From contig JAWLHB010000018.1 in NCBI GenBank assembly GCA_041690595.1, forward strand, positions 62,001 to 126,000: 64,000 nt of DNA, written 5' to 3'. The notes beneath the pieces are model-generated. The model saw only the letters and a program-made list of their open reading frames with translations, was not told the DNA's origin and made no database searches. The position numbers and the translations under genes are program-made. The stretch comes from Lentisphaeria bacterium. Lineage in GTDB: Bacteria; Verrucomicrobiota; Lentisphaeria; JABSQK01; JAWLHB01. Position 1 is the stretch's first letter. Each line of letters opens with the position of its first letter. This document shows positions 31,163 through 40,025 of this stretch, in pieces.

Positions 31163-31789
31163 TCAGCGGCTCGCGTAACGGACGGCACTGAAGCGCACCG
31201 GCATGCGCGAGGCCATGTTCTGGACGGGAATGAATTCGGCATGACCATCGGCAAAGGCCCATGGCAAGCCCTTCGACAAATGACGCGGCAGCTGGTTGTT
31301 GCTGGGCAGCCCATACAGGGTGCGCCCAAGCTCGCCGGAAAGTGCTATGTTGACATTCGGCCACAGGGTGATCCAGCAGCAGCTGATGATCGGCGCATTC
31401 TCCGTCGGGATGCTGAATTCCGAGAGCTTGATCGCCGCCCAGTCCTGAGTGCTGTTGCTGCGTACTTTCTCATAGATCCCGTAGCTGCCCCGGATCGTGG
31501 AAAAGACCGACGTGTACGGGCAGGCCCGATTGTCGATGCCGTACGCTCCGAGGTACGGCTCGAACCCATAGTAATTGCCGCTCGAATAGTCGATCGGGCA
31601 ATGCATTTCGTCATGCTCATCCGCGTACAGCATCCAGCCCATCGACATCTGCTTGATCCCGTTGATGCAGCTGATGTCCCGTGCTTTGCCCCGCGCCGCG
31701 CTCAGCGCCGGCAACAATAGACTGGCCAGAATGGCGATTATCGCCACCACCACGAGTAACTCTATGAGTGTGAATGTCCGTTTCATCAT
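31163..31789 (-). CDS. Prepilin-type N-terminal cleavage/methylation protein with H-X9-DG motif (DUF1559-like pseudopilin)
   Basis: [28 protein letters not shown]-terminus and [16 protein letters not shown]-terminus. Confidence 0.92.
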   Translation of the reverse strand: MMKRTFTLIELLVVVAIIAILASLLLPALSAARGKARDISCINGIKQMSMGWMLYADEHDEMHCPIDYSSGNYYGFEPYLGAYGIDNRACPYTSVFSTIRGSYGIYEKVRSNSTQDWAAIKLSEFSIPTENAPIISCCWITLWPNVNIALSGELGRTLYGLPSNNQLPRHLSKGLPWAFADGHAEFIPVQNMASRMPVRFSAVRYASR

Positions 31790-31817
31790 GGAACCCTCTT
31801 TCTTGTTCTGGTCTTGT

Positions 31818-32942
31818 TTACCTGGGTGCGGCTGTCGAGCCGCGCTCGATCAACCGCGTTGACAGCATGGTGACGGTCCCCGCCTGCACCTCCCCACGCA
31901 TCTGGCGCAGCAGAAGCTCGATCGCTTCCTCACCGCTCGCGAACAACGGATTGTGCAACGTTGTCAGCGGCGGATCGCTGCACGCCGCTTCCGCCAGATC
32001 GTCTACCCCAACGACCGACAGCTCCTCCGGAATGGAGATCCCCAGCTCATCGGCCGCGTCCAGAATCCCGATCGCCCGCCGGTCCGACGCGGCAAAAATC
32101 GCCGTCGGTGGCTCCGGCAGCGCCAGCAGACGCCGACAGGCCTCCACGGCGTGCTCTTCCAGACCGCTTGGCTCCACGATCGTGTACTCCTCCCGCAACG
32201 GCAGGTTCAGCAGCGCGTGCGCATCGCGATAACCCGACAGCCGAAGCCCCATCGAGTACCGCTCCGGATCGCCCACAATCAGGCCGATCCGCTTGTGGCC
32301 AAGACCGGCCAGGTACCGCACCACCGAAAGCGCACCGCGCCGCGAGTCGATCAGCAGCCGGCTGCAGTAGTCGACCCGCGCATAACAGTTGATCGCCACC
32401 ATCGGCACGTTCAGCTCCGCCAGCCCCGCCAGCACGACCTCCGGCAGAAGCTCCTCATGCAGGATCAACCCCGCCGCTTCGCCAAGCATCGCCACCAGGT
32501 GGGACGGCGACGCCTCCGGATCCAACGCCACATTCGACTTCAGCACCAGGCCGTGACGAAACGCCCCCTCCACCAGCCCTTGAAAACGGCGCAGCCGTGG
32601 CTGCCAGTTCACCTGCCGTGGCGAAGCCGACTGCGACGGCGTCAGCCCAAGAACATAGACCGCACCCGATCGTGGCGCTGCCTCTTCCGGCGCGGCTGGT
32701 TGCCCGCTGACGAAGGTGCCGTGTCCCTGACGACGCACGATCAGTCGCTTGCCGCGCAGCACCTCCAGCGCCTGCCGCACCGTCATCGCCGTAATCGACC
32801 ACTCCGTCGCCAGCTGCCGCTCCGACGGCAACTGCTCCCCCACACGATACTTCCCGCTCAGGATCGCCTCTTCATAATGCCGCGCCACCGACAGGTACTT
32901 CGGCAGGCCGGGCTCAAAGATCGACAACGGGTTCGACATCAT
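31818..32942 (-). CDS. GntR-HTH / LacI-type sensor regulator (AraR-like)
   Basis: LPSERQLA...TVRQAL...RRQGHGTFV GntR HTH, and a LacI-type C-domain ([26 protein letters not shown]). Confidence 0.92.
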   Translation of the reverse strand: MMSNPLSIFEPGLPKYLSVARHYEEAILSGKYRVGEQLPSERQLATEWSITAMTVRQALEVLRGKRLIVRRQGHGTFVSGQPAAPEEAAPRSGAVYVLGLTPSQSASPRQVNWQPRLRRFQGLVEGAFRHGLVLKSNVALDPEASPSHLVAMLGEAAGLILHEELLPEVVLAGLAELNVPMVAINCYARVDYCSRLLIDSRRGALSVVRYLAGLGHKRIGLIVGDPERYSMGLRLSGYRDAHALLNLPLREEYTIVEPSGLEEHAVEACRRLLALPEPPTAIFAASDRRAIGILDAADELGISIPEELSVVGVDDLAEAACSDPPLTTLHNPLFASGEEAIELLLRQMRGEVQAGTVTMLSTRLIERGSTAAPR

Positions 32943-33137
32943 ACGTCCAGTAGAGGTTGTGGCGAAGACATCTATAGGTATAGTGCAGTGAGGAGAAGAA
33001 AGCAAGACAACTATCAAAAACTCTGCTCCCGCCCGCAAGACAGATTGCAGCGGGACTGGTCAATGACGCCTTTGGCGCGTATGGTGCTACATTCTCTGAT
33101 GTCACACGACGAATCCCTGGAGCGACGCATTCAGCCC

Positions 33138-33491
33138 ATGTCCACACATCCCGCCACCACCAGTCGCGATTCCTCCCGGCGCTATCTGCGTAGCGGCTCG
33201 CTGCTGGGCGCGCTCCGGGAGATGCCGCCCGCCCTCCTCGAGGTGGCCACCAGCGAGGGCAGATGCGTGCAGATCTCCAACATCTCCGATCAGCTTGCCT
33301 TCAAGGTCATGGTCGAAGTCCTGGCAGAAAGCGCCGTCGGCGCCATCCTCCTCGACGACAACGACATCGACATCTGGCCCGGCGAGACCCGCTCTCTCTT
33401 TCCCATCGGCGGCGGCAATCTGCCGACCGCCGGCCGCATCCGCATCCACGGCTGGAATATCTCCCCCCAGACCGTCGACCTCGCCTCGTAA
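33138..33491 (+). CDS. Small standalone Ig-like domain resembling the C-terminus of GH2 beta-mannosidases
   Basis: VQISNISDQLAFKV...DDNDIDIWPGETR...IHGWN resembles the SDN-x-x-x-L-x-PGE...GWN end of GH2 enzymes. Start is uncertain (33063-33138). Confidence 0.55.
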   Translation: MSTHPATTSRDSSRRYLRSGSLLGALREMPPALLEVATSEGRCVQISNISDQLAFKVMVEVLAESAVGAILLDDNDIDIWPGETRSLFPIGGGNLPTAGRIRIHGWNISPQTVDLAS

Positions 33492-33513
33492 GCCCCTCCG
33501 TAGGAATACGACC

Positions 33514-35001
33514 ATGCCAAAGCGTCCCCATATCATCATCTTCAATCCGGATCAATGGCGCGCCGATGTCATGGGACACCTCGGCAACGCCGCCGCCATC
33601 ACCCCTAATCTCGACCGTCTCGCCGCGGAAGATGGGGTCTCCTTTCGCCACGCCTTCTGTCAGAACACCGTCTGCACACCGAGTCGCTGTTCCTTCATGA
33701 CCGGCTGGTATACCCATGTGCGCGGCCACCGCACCATGCACCACATGCTCCACCCTGAGCGCGGCGAAACCAACCTCCTTCAGGTGCTCAAGGAAAACGG
33801 CTATTACGTCTGGTGGGGAGGCAAGAACGATCTGGTACCCGGCCAGGATGGATTCGGCGACCACTGCTCTCTCAAGTACAAACCCATCGGCGACGTCAAA
33901 CCCATGTGGCAGAGCGACCGCGAGGCGCAGTGGCGCGGCGATCCTGAAAGCGACACCTGGTACTCCTTCCACGTCGGCTGCATCGACAAGGGCGACGCGA
34001 CTTATTATCGCGACAGCGATTGGGCCAATGTCGAAGGAGCCATCGAGCTGATCCGCAACTACAGCGGCGACGAGCCCCTCTGCATCTTCCTTCCTCTGAC
34101 CTATCCCCATCCCCCCTATGGCGTGGAGGAGCCCTGGTTCTCCGCCATCGACCGCAACCTTCTGCCGCCCCGCGTACGGGCGCTGGAGGATTGGCGCGGC
34201 AAACCGGCAATCCTTCATGGCATCTGGGAATACCAGCGCATGCAGAGCTGGAGTGAAGAACGCTGGGACGAGCTGCGCGCTATCTATTATGGCATGTGCG
34301 CGCGCCTGGATCACCAGTACGGCCTCCTCGTCGAGGCGCTCAAGCAAAGCGGCATCTATGACGACAGCGCCATCTTCGTCTTCGCCGATCACGGTGACTT
34401 CACCGGCAGCTATGGCCTCGTCGAGAAGACGCAGAACACCTTCGAGGATTGCCTCTCCAACGTTCCCTTCCTCGTCAAACCACCCGCCGATGTACCCGTC
34501 GCCCCCCGCGTCTCCGATGCCCTCGTCGAGCTGATCGACTTCACCGCCACCGTCTACGATCTCACCGGCATCGATCCCGGCTACGACCACTTCGGCAAGA
34601 GCCTCCTCCCCCTCCTCGCCGGCGATACCGATAGCCATCGCGATGCCGTCTTCTGCGAAGGCGGACGCCGCCCCGGCGAGCGCCAAGCCATGGAAATGGA
34701 AAGCGGCGGCGCCGGCGGTAAGAGTTCCATCGGCAAGTACTGGCCCCGACTTCGCCTCCAGCAGACCGACGACGCCCCTTACCACAGCAAAGCCGTCATG
34801 TGCCGCACCCAACACTTCAAGTACGTCTGCCGCTATGGCGAAAGTGACGAGCTGTACGACCTCCGCCGCGATCCCGACGAGGTGCTCAACGTCATCGACG
34901 ATCCCGATTACCGCCCCCAGGTGATCACCCTCCGAGAGCGCATGCTCCACTTCTTCCTCGAGACCGCCGACATCGTCCCCCGCGACACCGACAAGCGCTG
35001 A
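33514..35001 (+). CDS. Cys-type (formylglycine-dependent) sulfatase
   Basis: PHIIIFNPDQWR, CTPSR, GKND, PHPPY, DHG and ELYDL-x-x-DP-x-E motifs. Confidence 0.93.
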   Translation: MPKRPHIIIFNPDQWRADVMGHLGNAAAITPNLDRLAAEDGVSFRHAFCQNTVCTPSRCSFMTGWYTHVRGHRTMHHMLHPERGETNLLQVLKENGYYVWWGGKNDLVPGQDGFGDHCSLKYKPIGDVKPMWQSDREAQWRGDPESDTWYSFHVGCIDKGDATYYRDSDWANVEGAIELIRNYSGDEPLCIFLPLTYPHPPYGVEEPWFSAIDRNLLPPRVRALEDWRGKPAILHGIWEYQRMQSWSEERWDELRAIYYGMCARLDHQYGLLVEALKQSGIYDDSAIFVFADHGDFTGSYGLVEKTQNTFEDCLSNVPFLVKPPADVPVAPRVSDALVELIDFTATVYDLTGIDPGYDHFGKSLLPLLAGDTDSHRDAVFCEGGRRPGERQAMEMESGGAGGKSSIGKYWPRLRLQQTDDAPYHSKAVMCRTQHFKYVCRYGESDELYDLRRDPDEVLNVIDDPDYRPQVITLRERMLHFFLETADIVPRDTDKR

Positions 35002-35124
35002 CTCGCCGCGATTGTAGCCTCGACAGGCCCGACAATACGGGAGCCCCCGCCCGGCCGTTCCCCGGACATTCTTCTTCTTAAGTCCACCCCCCCTCCGCCC
35101 CCAGTGCCAGCTCAATGCGAGAGG

Positions 35125-35171
35125 CGTCCTCCGAACGGCTATTGGGCCGTTTCCAACGGCCCTGCCATTGC
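35125..35171. repeat. Left arm of a ~50-bp imperfect inverted repeat (REP-like)
   Basis: 35153-35171 is the exact reverse complement of 35929-35947. Contains the internal hairpin GGGCCGTT-tcc-AACGGCCC. Confidence 0.85.
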
Positions 35172-35235
35172 GCGCACCCTGGGCACGCCACTCGCCTGAG
35201 TGGCCCCGGCGTTGGACCACGGCTAGCTCCTTCGA

Positions 35236-35826
35236 TCACTTGTCCTTGAGACGCCTGACTGCCGGAATCTCGGCGACGCCTTCTTCCTCTATTGCGTTCA
35301 TGACCAATTCCGCCAACCGTGCACTCGCCGCCTCGAAAACCTGCACCGCTCCCTTGTAGGACTTCGGATCCTCCTCCCGCAGCAGGCCAAGTATGCAGAA
35401 GTCGCGCTCGCGTTCCATGCGCAAACCGAAGACGTACGTCTTGTCACCTGAAGAAACAACGGCCTTAACCATAAATTGCACGCCGAAGTGTTCGACACCC
35501 TGCAGGTAGTGACCGAAATGCCGCGTCGATTGCAGTTCGGTCACAAAATTCGCTATTCGCTCTCTGTCAGTGACGACAATATCTTTCCCTATCGTGTACA
35601 CATCGTCCTGTCCATAGAAGAGCGGCCCCAAACGAACCTGGTCGATTGTCCCTGCATCGACGGCTAACCACTCGTCATGTATGGCTTTGTCCCTTTGCGA
35701 CGTTATCCACATGTCGCGTGCCATAAAGAAGATACCCACCAGTATGACGAGCACCAGCGACACGAAGATGATAACGTCGGTGCGCCTTGATCTACCTGTC
35801 CGTGGAATGGATGTCTTGCTATTCAT
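35236..35826 (-). CDS. Hypothetical single-pass membrane protein, lower GC than its neighbours
   Basis: 196-aa ORF with N-terminal TM VIIFVSLVLVILVGIFFM and its own promoter upstream. Confidence 0.7.
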   Translation of the reverse strand: MNSKTSIPRTGRSRRTDVIIFVSLVLVILVGIFFMARDMWITSQRDKAIHDEWLAVDAGTIDQVRLGPLFYGQDDVYTIGKDIVVTDRERIANFVTELQSTRHFGHYLQGVEHFGVQFMVKAVVSSGDKTYVFGLRMERERDFCILGLLREEDPKSYKGAVQVFEAASARLAELVMNAIEEEGVAEIPAVRRLKDK

Positions 35827-35884
35827 CGGTAGCTTAAGGATAGTAGGTACGCCAATTCATCTGATAAGTATGGTAGTTGACAGT

Positions 35885-35913
35885 AGGCTATCTCAGCGAA
35901 ATCCCGCTGTCAA
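35885..35913 (-). promoter_or_regulatory. Sigma70-like promoter for the 35826 gene
   Basis: Minus strand TTGACA-N17-TAGCCT. Confidence 0.55.
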
Positions 35914-35928
35914 CCGCATCTTCGATTG

Positions 35929-35978
35929 GCAATGGCAGGGCCGTTGGGGCCAACAACCCAATCGCCGCTCGGAGAACG
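35929..35978. repeat. Right arm of the ~50-bp imperfect inverted repeat
   Basis: GCAATGGCAGGGCCGTTGG plus a 26-nt outer block matching the left arm with 5 mismatches. Confidence 0.85.
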
Positions 35979-36076
35979 GAAGGATCGACGCGGTAGAAGC
36001 AACACCGAATGGGGTTGATAGGTGGGCGGGAGTTTACCCAGTCCGTCGGTGAACGGACGTTCCGGATGGAGAGGTT

Positions 36077-36109
36077 GCCCCTGCGTTGCCAAGGGGGCAC
36101 CGCAGGGGC
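36077..36109. terminator. Strong GC hairpin just downstream of the 36132 stop (terminator or REP-like stabiliser)
   Basis: GCCCCTGCG-t-TGCC-aaggg-GGCA-c-CGCAGGGGC; no U-tract. Confidence 0.45.
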
Positions 36110-36131
36110 TCGTCGGGAATGAGGATGGGAT

Positions 36132-37418
36132 CTACAGCTGGATGGGTTCGCGCACGCGCTGGCGTACGCGGGTCTCGTAGTCGGCGATGTCGATGACGGT
36201 GCCGGTTTTGCGGGCTTCCTCGGCGGCAAAGGCGAGGAGGTGACCGTCGAGCGACATCTTCACCGGGGTAAGGATGTACTGTGGGTCGCGCGTGCGTACG
36301 GCATCGACAAAGGCATCCATGATGATGCGGTCGCCGCCGCCATGGCTGCCCTGCATGCCGTCCGGCCGCACTTCACGCGCGATGCGCGGGTTGAAGCTCC
36401 AGGCATGAATGATGCCTTTGTGCCAATCGAACTCGATCTCGCCGTTGTCGAGGCTGATCTTGGTGATGCGGCGTTCGAGGTAGTTGTGGCCGATCATGGA
36501 GAAGGAGGCGGTGACGCCACTGGCGAACTCGATCTGCACGACCTGATTGTCGACCACGTTGTTGTCGCAGCGGAAGACGCAGCGGCCAAAGCGGTTGGTG
36601 TGGAGGAGCTCGCGCAGGTGCTGCTTGTCGCGCACGACGCCCATCTGGCGAATATAGGCTGGATCGGCATCGGCGCCGAAGTAGAGCTTGAGGACGTGGT
36701 AGGGGCAGGTGCGGTAGGCGGGGCATCCATCAAGGCAGCGGGCCGGCGCGCCGGCGGGGGCATTCTCTTCGCGGAAGTAGTTGAGCGAGCCGAAGGAGCT
36801 GACGCGGGTTGGCGGGCTGTCGACCAGGTAACGGAGGATATCCATGTCGTGGCAGCTCTTCGCGAGGATCATCGGGGTCATGCTGTCGTTGTTGAAGAAG
36901 CCGCGGACGAAGGAGTGGGCCATGTGGCTGTAGGCGAGGTTCTCGCTGTGCTGAATGGCGACAATCTTGCCGTACTCGCCGGAGTCGAGGAGGCGCTTGA
37001 TGGTGTCGTAGGCGGCGATGTAGCGCATCTGGTGGCAGACAATGAAGACGCCCTCGTACTTGCGGGCGGCGTCGCAGATGCGGACCACCTGCTCGGGCGA
37101 GCAGCCGAGGGGCTTCTCGACGAGGATGTGATAACCCGCCTCGATGGCGCGCAGAACGGGCTCTTCCCGCTCGGACTCGAGGGTGGCGATGACCACCGCG
37201 TCGGCGAGTTTGCCGGCGGCGAAGAAGCTCTCCATGTCGGCGAAGCGATGCGCCTGGGGGATCTGATGCTGATCGGCGAATTGCAGCCGCTTGGCGTCGT
37301 CAGGTTCGACAACCGCAACGAAGTTGGCGCGATGGGGCATCTCGATTGCGTAGTTGCCGAAGATGCCGCGGCCGCGATTACCGGCCCCGATCAGGGCCAT
37401 GGTGACTGCTTCGCTCAT
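36132..37418 (-). CDS. Gfo/Idh/MocA family oxidoreductase (long, Cys-containing subtype)
   Basis: IGAGNRG, VEKP, HSFVRG, LAKSCHDMD, GRCVFRCDNNVVD and HGGGD motifs. Confidence 0.92.
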   Translation of the reverse strand: MSEAVTMALIGAGNRGRGIFGNYAIEMPHRANFVAVVEPDDAKRLQFADQHQIPQAHRFADMESFFAAGKLADAVVIATLESEREEPVLRAIEAGYHILVEKPLGCSPEQVVRICDAARKYEGVFIVCHQMRYIAAYDTIKRLLDSGEYGKIVAIQHSENLAYSHMAHSFVRGFFNNDSMTPMILAKSCHDMDILRYLVDSPPTRVSSFGSLNYFREENAPAGAPARCLDGCPAYRTCPYHVLKLYFGADADPAYIRQMGVVRDKQHLRELLHTNRFGRCVFRCDNNVVDNQVVQIEFASGVTASFSMIGHNYLERRITKISLDNGEIEFDWHKGIIHAWSFNPRIAREVRPDGMQGSHGGGDRIIMDAFVDAVRTRDPQYILTPVKMSLDGHLLAFAAEEARKTGTVIDIADYETRVRQRVREPIQL

Positions 37419-37594
37419 GATGATTACTCTACCTCTGCTGATGAAAGGGGGAAGGATTAACGGATTCCGCGTGCCGGATACGAAGCGGGTATGAACGGCC
37501 CCTGACAGACTGCAAGCCGGTCATTCGGGAACTGTGCACTTTACCCCGGCTGGGCCACGTTGGCAAGCGCTTCGCTCAAAGGCCGGCTGCCCGC

Positions 37595-40000
37595 CTATGC
37601 CAGATGCCAGGCAGCCCGATGGCCGAAGGGAGTGAAGTCGATCCCCAGCTTGACGAGGTCGCAGGTCAGCTCCTCGAAGATGAGCAGCTCGTTGTCGTCG
37701 CGCAGTTTGTCGAGGGGAAGCCAGAGCGATTGCTGTGGGCCGAGCTTCCAGTACCGACCGACATTCCAGCCGTTGAGCCAGACGGAGCCCTTGCCGGCCG
37801 CGGCGAGGTCGAGGCGCACGGCGCCATCGAAGTCGTCAGGAGCAGAAAAGGAGCCGCGGATCCATCCCGGCCCGCTGAAGGCTCCGCCGGCGGGTTGCCA
37901 GCCGGTGAGGCGGGGGTCTGTCCACGTGTCGAGGGTTTCATCGGCGGCGACGCCGGCGCGCATCCGCCAGCCGGTCATGTCGGCGCCGTTGAGCCAGATG
38001 GGGCCATAGAGTCCCTTTGGCTCACAGAGCGGAATGTCGAATTCGGCGCCGCTGTTGAACATGCCGAGATTTTCGACCAGCAGGCTGACGACGTGCTCTC
38101 CGGCGGCAAGCGAGGGCATGAGGTTCCAACCCAGGTTGGTGCCGCTGCCGCGCGCTCCCAGGTAGCGGCCATCCACCCACGCATGCATGCGGTCGGCGGC
38201 GCCGCTCAGGCAGATCATCTGCGGGCCGCTCTCGGCGACCTGGAAGCGGCAGCGGTACCAGGCCCAGCCCTGGCCATGGCCGAAGGCGATCAGCGGCTGG
38301 GGCTCTTCCGCGGCAAACCAGCCGCTGTCATCGAAGTCCGGGGCGAGTTCCGGCAGAGAGTGGCTGACGGTGATCCCGTCGAGCGGCGCACGAAACGGCT
38401 CGGCCGGCGGCTGGAAGGCGGGAGTGACGCTGGTGAGGGCGCCATCGCCATAGCGCCAGCAGGAGCTGGGCTCGCCGGCGCTGATCTGAAGGTGGAGGCT
38501 GCCATCGCGCACGGCGACATCCTCGATACGATCCGGGCCGCCGACAAGGGCGACGGGAGCGCCGGGCATGTCGATACGCCAGCAACGCTCGATGGCGCGG
38601 TCGTTGAGGACGAGTATGGGGAGTCCATAGTGATCGTGGAGGGCGGGCGCATCGTCAACGGGGACCTGGACCGTGAGTTCACCATCGGCAAAGCGGACGG
38701 AGCCATTGCTGCCGGCCCGGCCGAAGAGGACCAGGGCCGGGGAGGTGGCGAAGAGCTGCAGGTCGCTTTCGACGAGGGTCTGGCCACCGGGGAGCCGGAG
38801 TTGGGATGGCTGCCAGCGGACGGCCCCGGCGGGAATGGATTGGTCGACGCACGCCTGATCCTTTTCAGCTTCGGCAATGGCGATCTGCTCGCTGCTGCGG
38901 TTGAGCAGAAAGGTGCAGGTGCCGTCTGGCCCGCGGCGGACGGTGCGCAGAAGGGCGGCTGGGTCGCCGCTTTCCTCGGGCATGCCGGCGGTGGCGAGTC
39001 CGCAATGGACGAGTGGGGCCAGGCGGTTCTTCATGAGCTGGTACTTGCCGCTGAAGCGGCCGTCGTCGAGAACGGGAGCGCCGGGGCCGTAGAGGGTCGT
39101 CATGAAGTTGTCGGAGGAGCAGATGGAGCGGCCGTGCCAGTAGCCGAAGTGGGAGCCTCCGGAGAAGACGAAGGCGGTCAGCCCGCCGGCGCCACCGGCG
39201 GCGATCTCGAGGGCGCCGTTGAGGGCGCGCTGATCATCCATGGAGGCGGTGGCGTGGCGTCCCCACCAGTCGAAGGCGGCGATCCAGTATTCGGTGATGA
39301 AGAGAGGCGCATCGGGCTGCATGGCGCGGGCGCGTTCGAGAATGCGGAGGCCGTTGCCGCCGAAATTGCAGCACATCTGGATGCCGTCCCAGCAGCTGGG
39401 GCGGAGCCTGGCGAAGTTGATGAAGGAGTCGCAGGTGATGATGGGTACGTCGATGCCGCGCTCGCGAAGGGCATCGCGGAGGTGGTAGATGTAGTCGGCC
39501 TCCTGGGCCTCGCCATAGTGGCCGTATTCGTTCTCGACCTGGGCCATGATGACGGTGCCGCCATGGCTGGGTTGAAAGCGGGCGAAGATGGGGACGATGC
39601 GGTCAAACCAGCGGTCGACGGCAGCGAGGAAGCGGGGATCGGCGGTGCGCGGCCGGATGCCCGGCTCGCGGATCAGCCAGGGGGGCAAGCCGCCGGCCAG
39701 CCATTCGTTGCAGATGTAGGGGCCGGGACGGGCAACGACGTAAAGCCCCAGTTCCGTCGCGATCTCGAGAAAATGCTCGACATCCCGATCGCCGGAGAAG
39801 TCCCACTGGCCGGGGGTGATTTCGTGGTAGTTCCACGGCATGTAGACGGAGACGGCGTTGAAGCCGGATGTCTTGAGCTGGACGAGGCGGCGGCGCCACT
39901 CTCCCCTGGTCAGCTTGAAGTAATGCATTTCGCCGGAGAGCAGCCAGACGGGCTGGTCGTCGATCCGGTAACTGTTGGCATCAAAGGAGACGTGGGACAC
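37595..40000 (-). CDS. Glycoside hydrolase family 35 beta-galactosidase
   Basis: SGEMHYF, WNYHE, RPGPYICNEW, QVENEYG, TEYW, LVENLG and GKGSVWLNGWNVGRYW motifs. Confidence 0.92.
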   Translation of the reverse strand: MSHVSFDANSYRIDDQPVWLLSGEMHYFKLTRGEWRRRLVQLKTSGFNAVSVYMPWNYHEITPGQWDFSGDRDVEHFLEIATELGLYVVARPGPYICNEWLAGGLPPWLIREPGIRPRTADPRFLAAVDRWFDRIVPIFARFQPSHGGTVIMAQVENEYGHYGEAQEADYIYHLRDALRERGIDVPIITCDSFINFARLRPSCWDGIQMCCNFGGNGLRILERARAMQPDAPLFITEYWIAAFDWWGRHATASMDDQRALNGALEIAAGGAGGLTAFVFSGGSHFGYWHGRSICSSDNFMTTLYGPGAPVLDDGRFSGKYQLMKNRLAPLVHCGLATAGMPEESGDPAALLRTVRRGPDGTCTFLLNRSSEQIAIAEAEKDQACVDQSIPAGAVRWQPSQLRLPGGQTLVESDLQLFATSPALVLFGRAGSNGSVRFADGELTVQVPVDDAPALHDHYGLPILVLNDRAIERCWRIDMPGAPVALVGGPDRIEDVAVRDGSLHLQISAGEPSSCWRYGDGALTSVTPAFQPPAEPFRAPLDGITVSHSLPELAPDFDDSGWFAAEEPQPLIAFGHGQGWAWYRCRFQVAESGPQMICLSGAADRMHAWVDGRYLGARGSGTNLGWNLMPSLAAGEHVVSLLVENLGMFNSGAEFDIPLCEPKGLYGPIWLNGADMTGWRMRAGVAADETLDTWTDPRLTGWQPAGGAFSGPGWIRGSFSAPDDFDGAVRLDLAAAGKGSVWLNGWNVGRYWKLGPQQSLWLPLDKLRDDNELLIFEELTCDLVKLGIDFTPFGHRAAWHLA

Positions 40001-40025
40001 GGGTAGTGCTCCGGGATAGAGAGGA

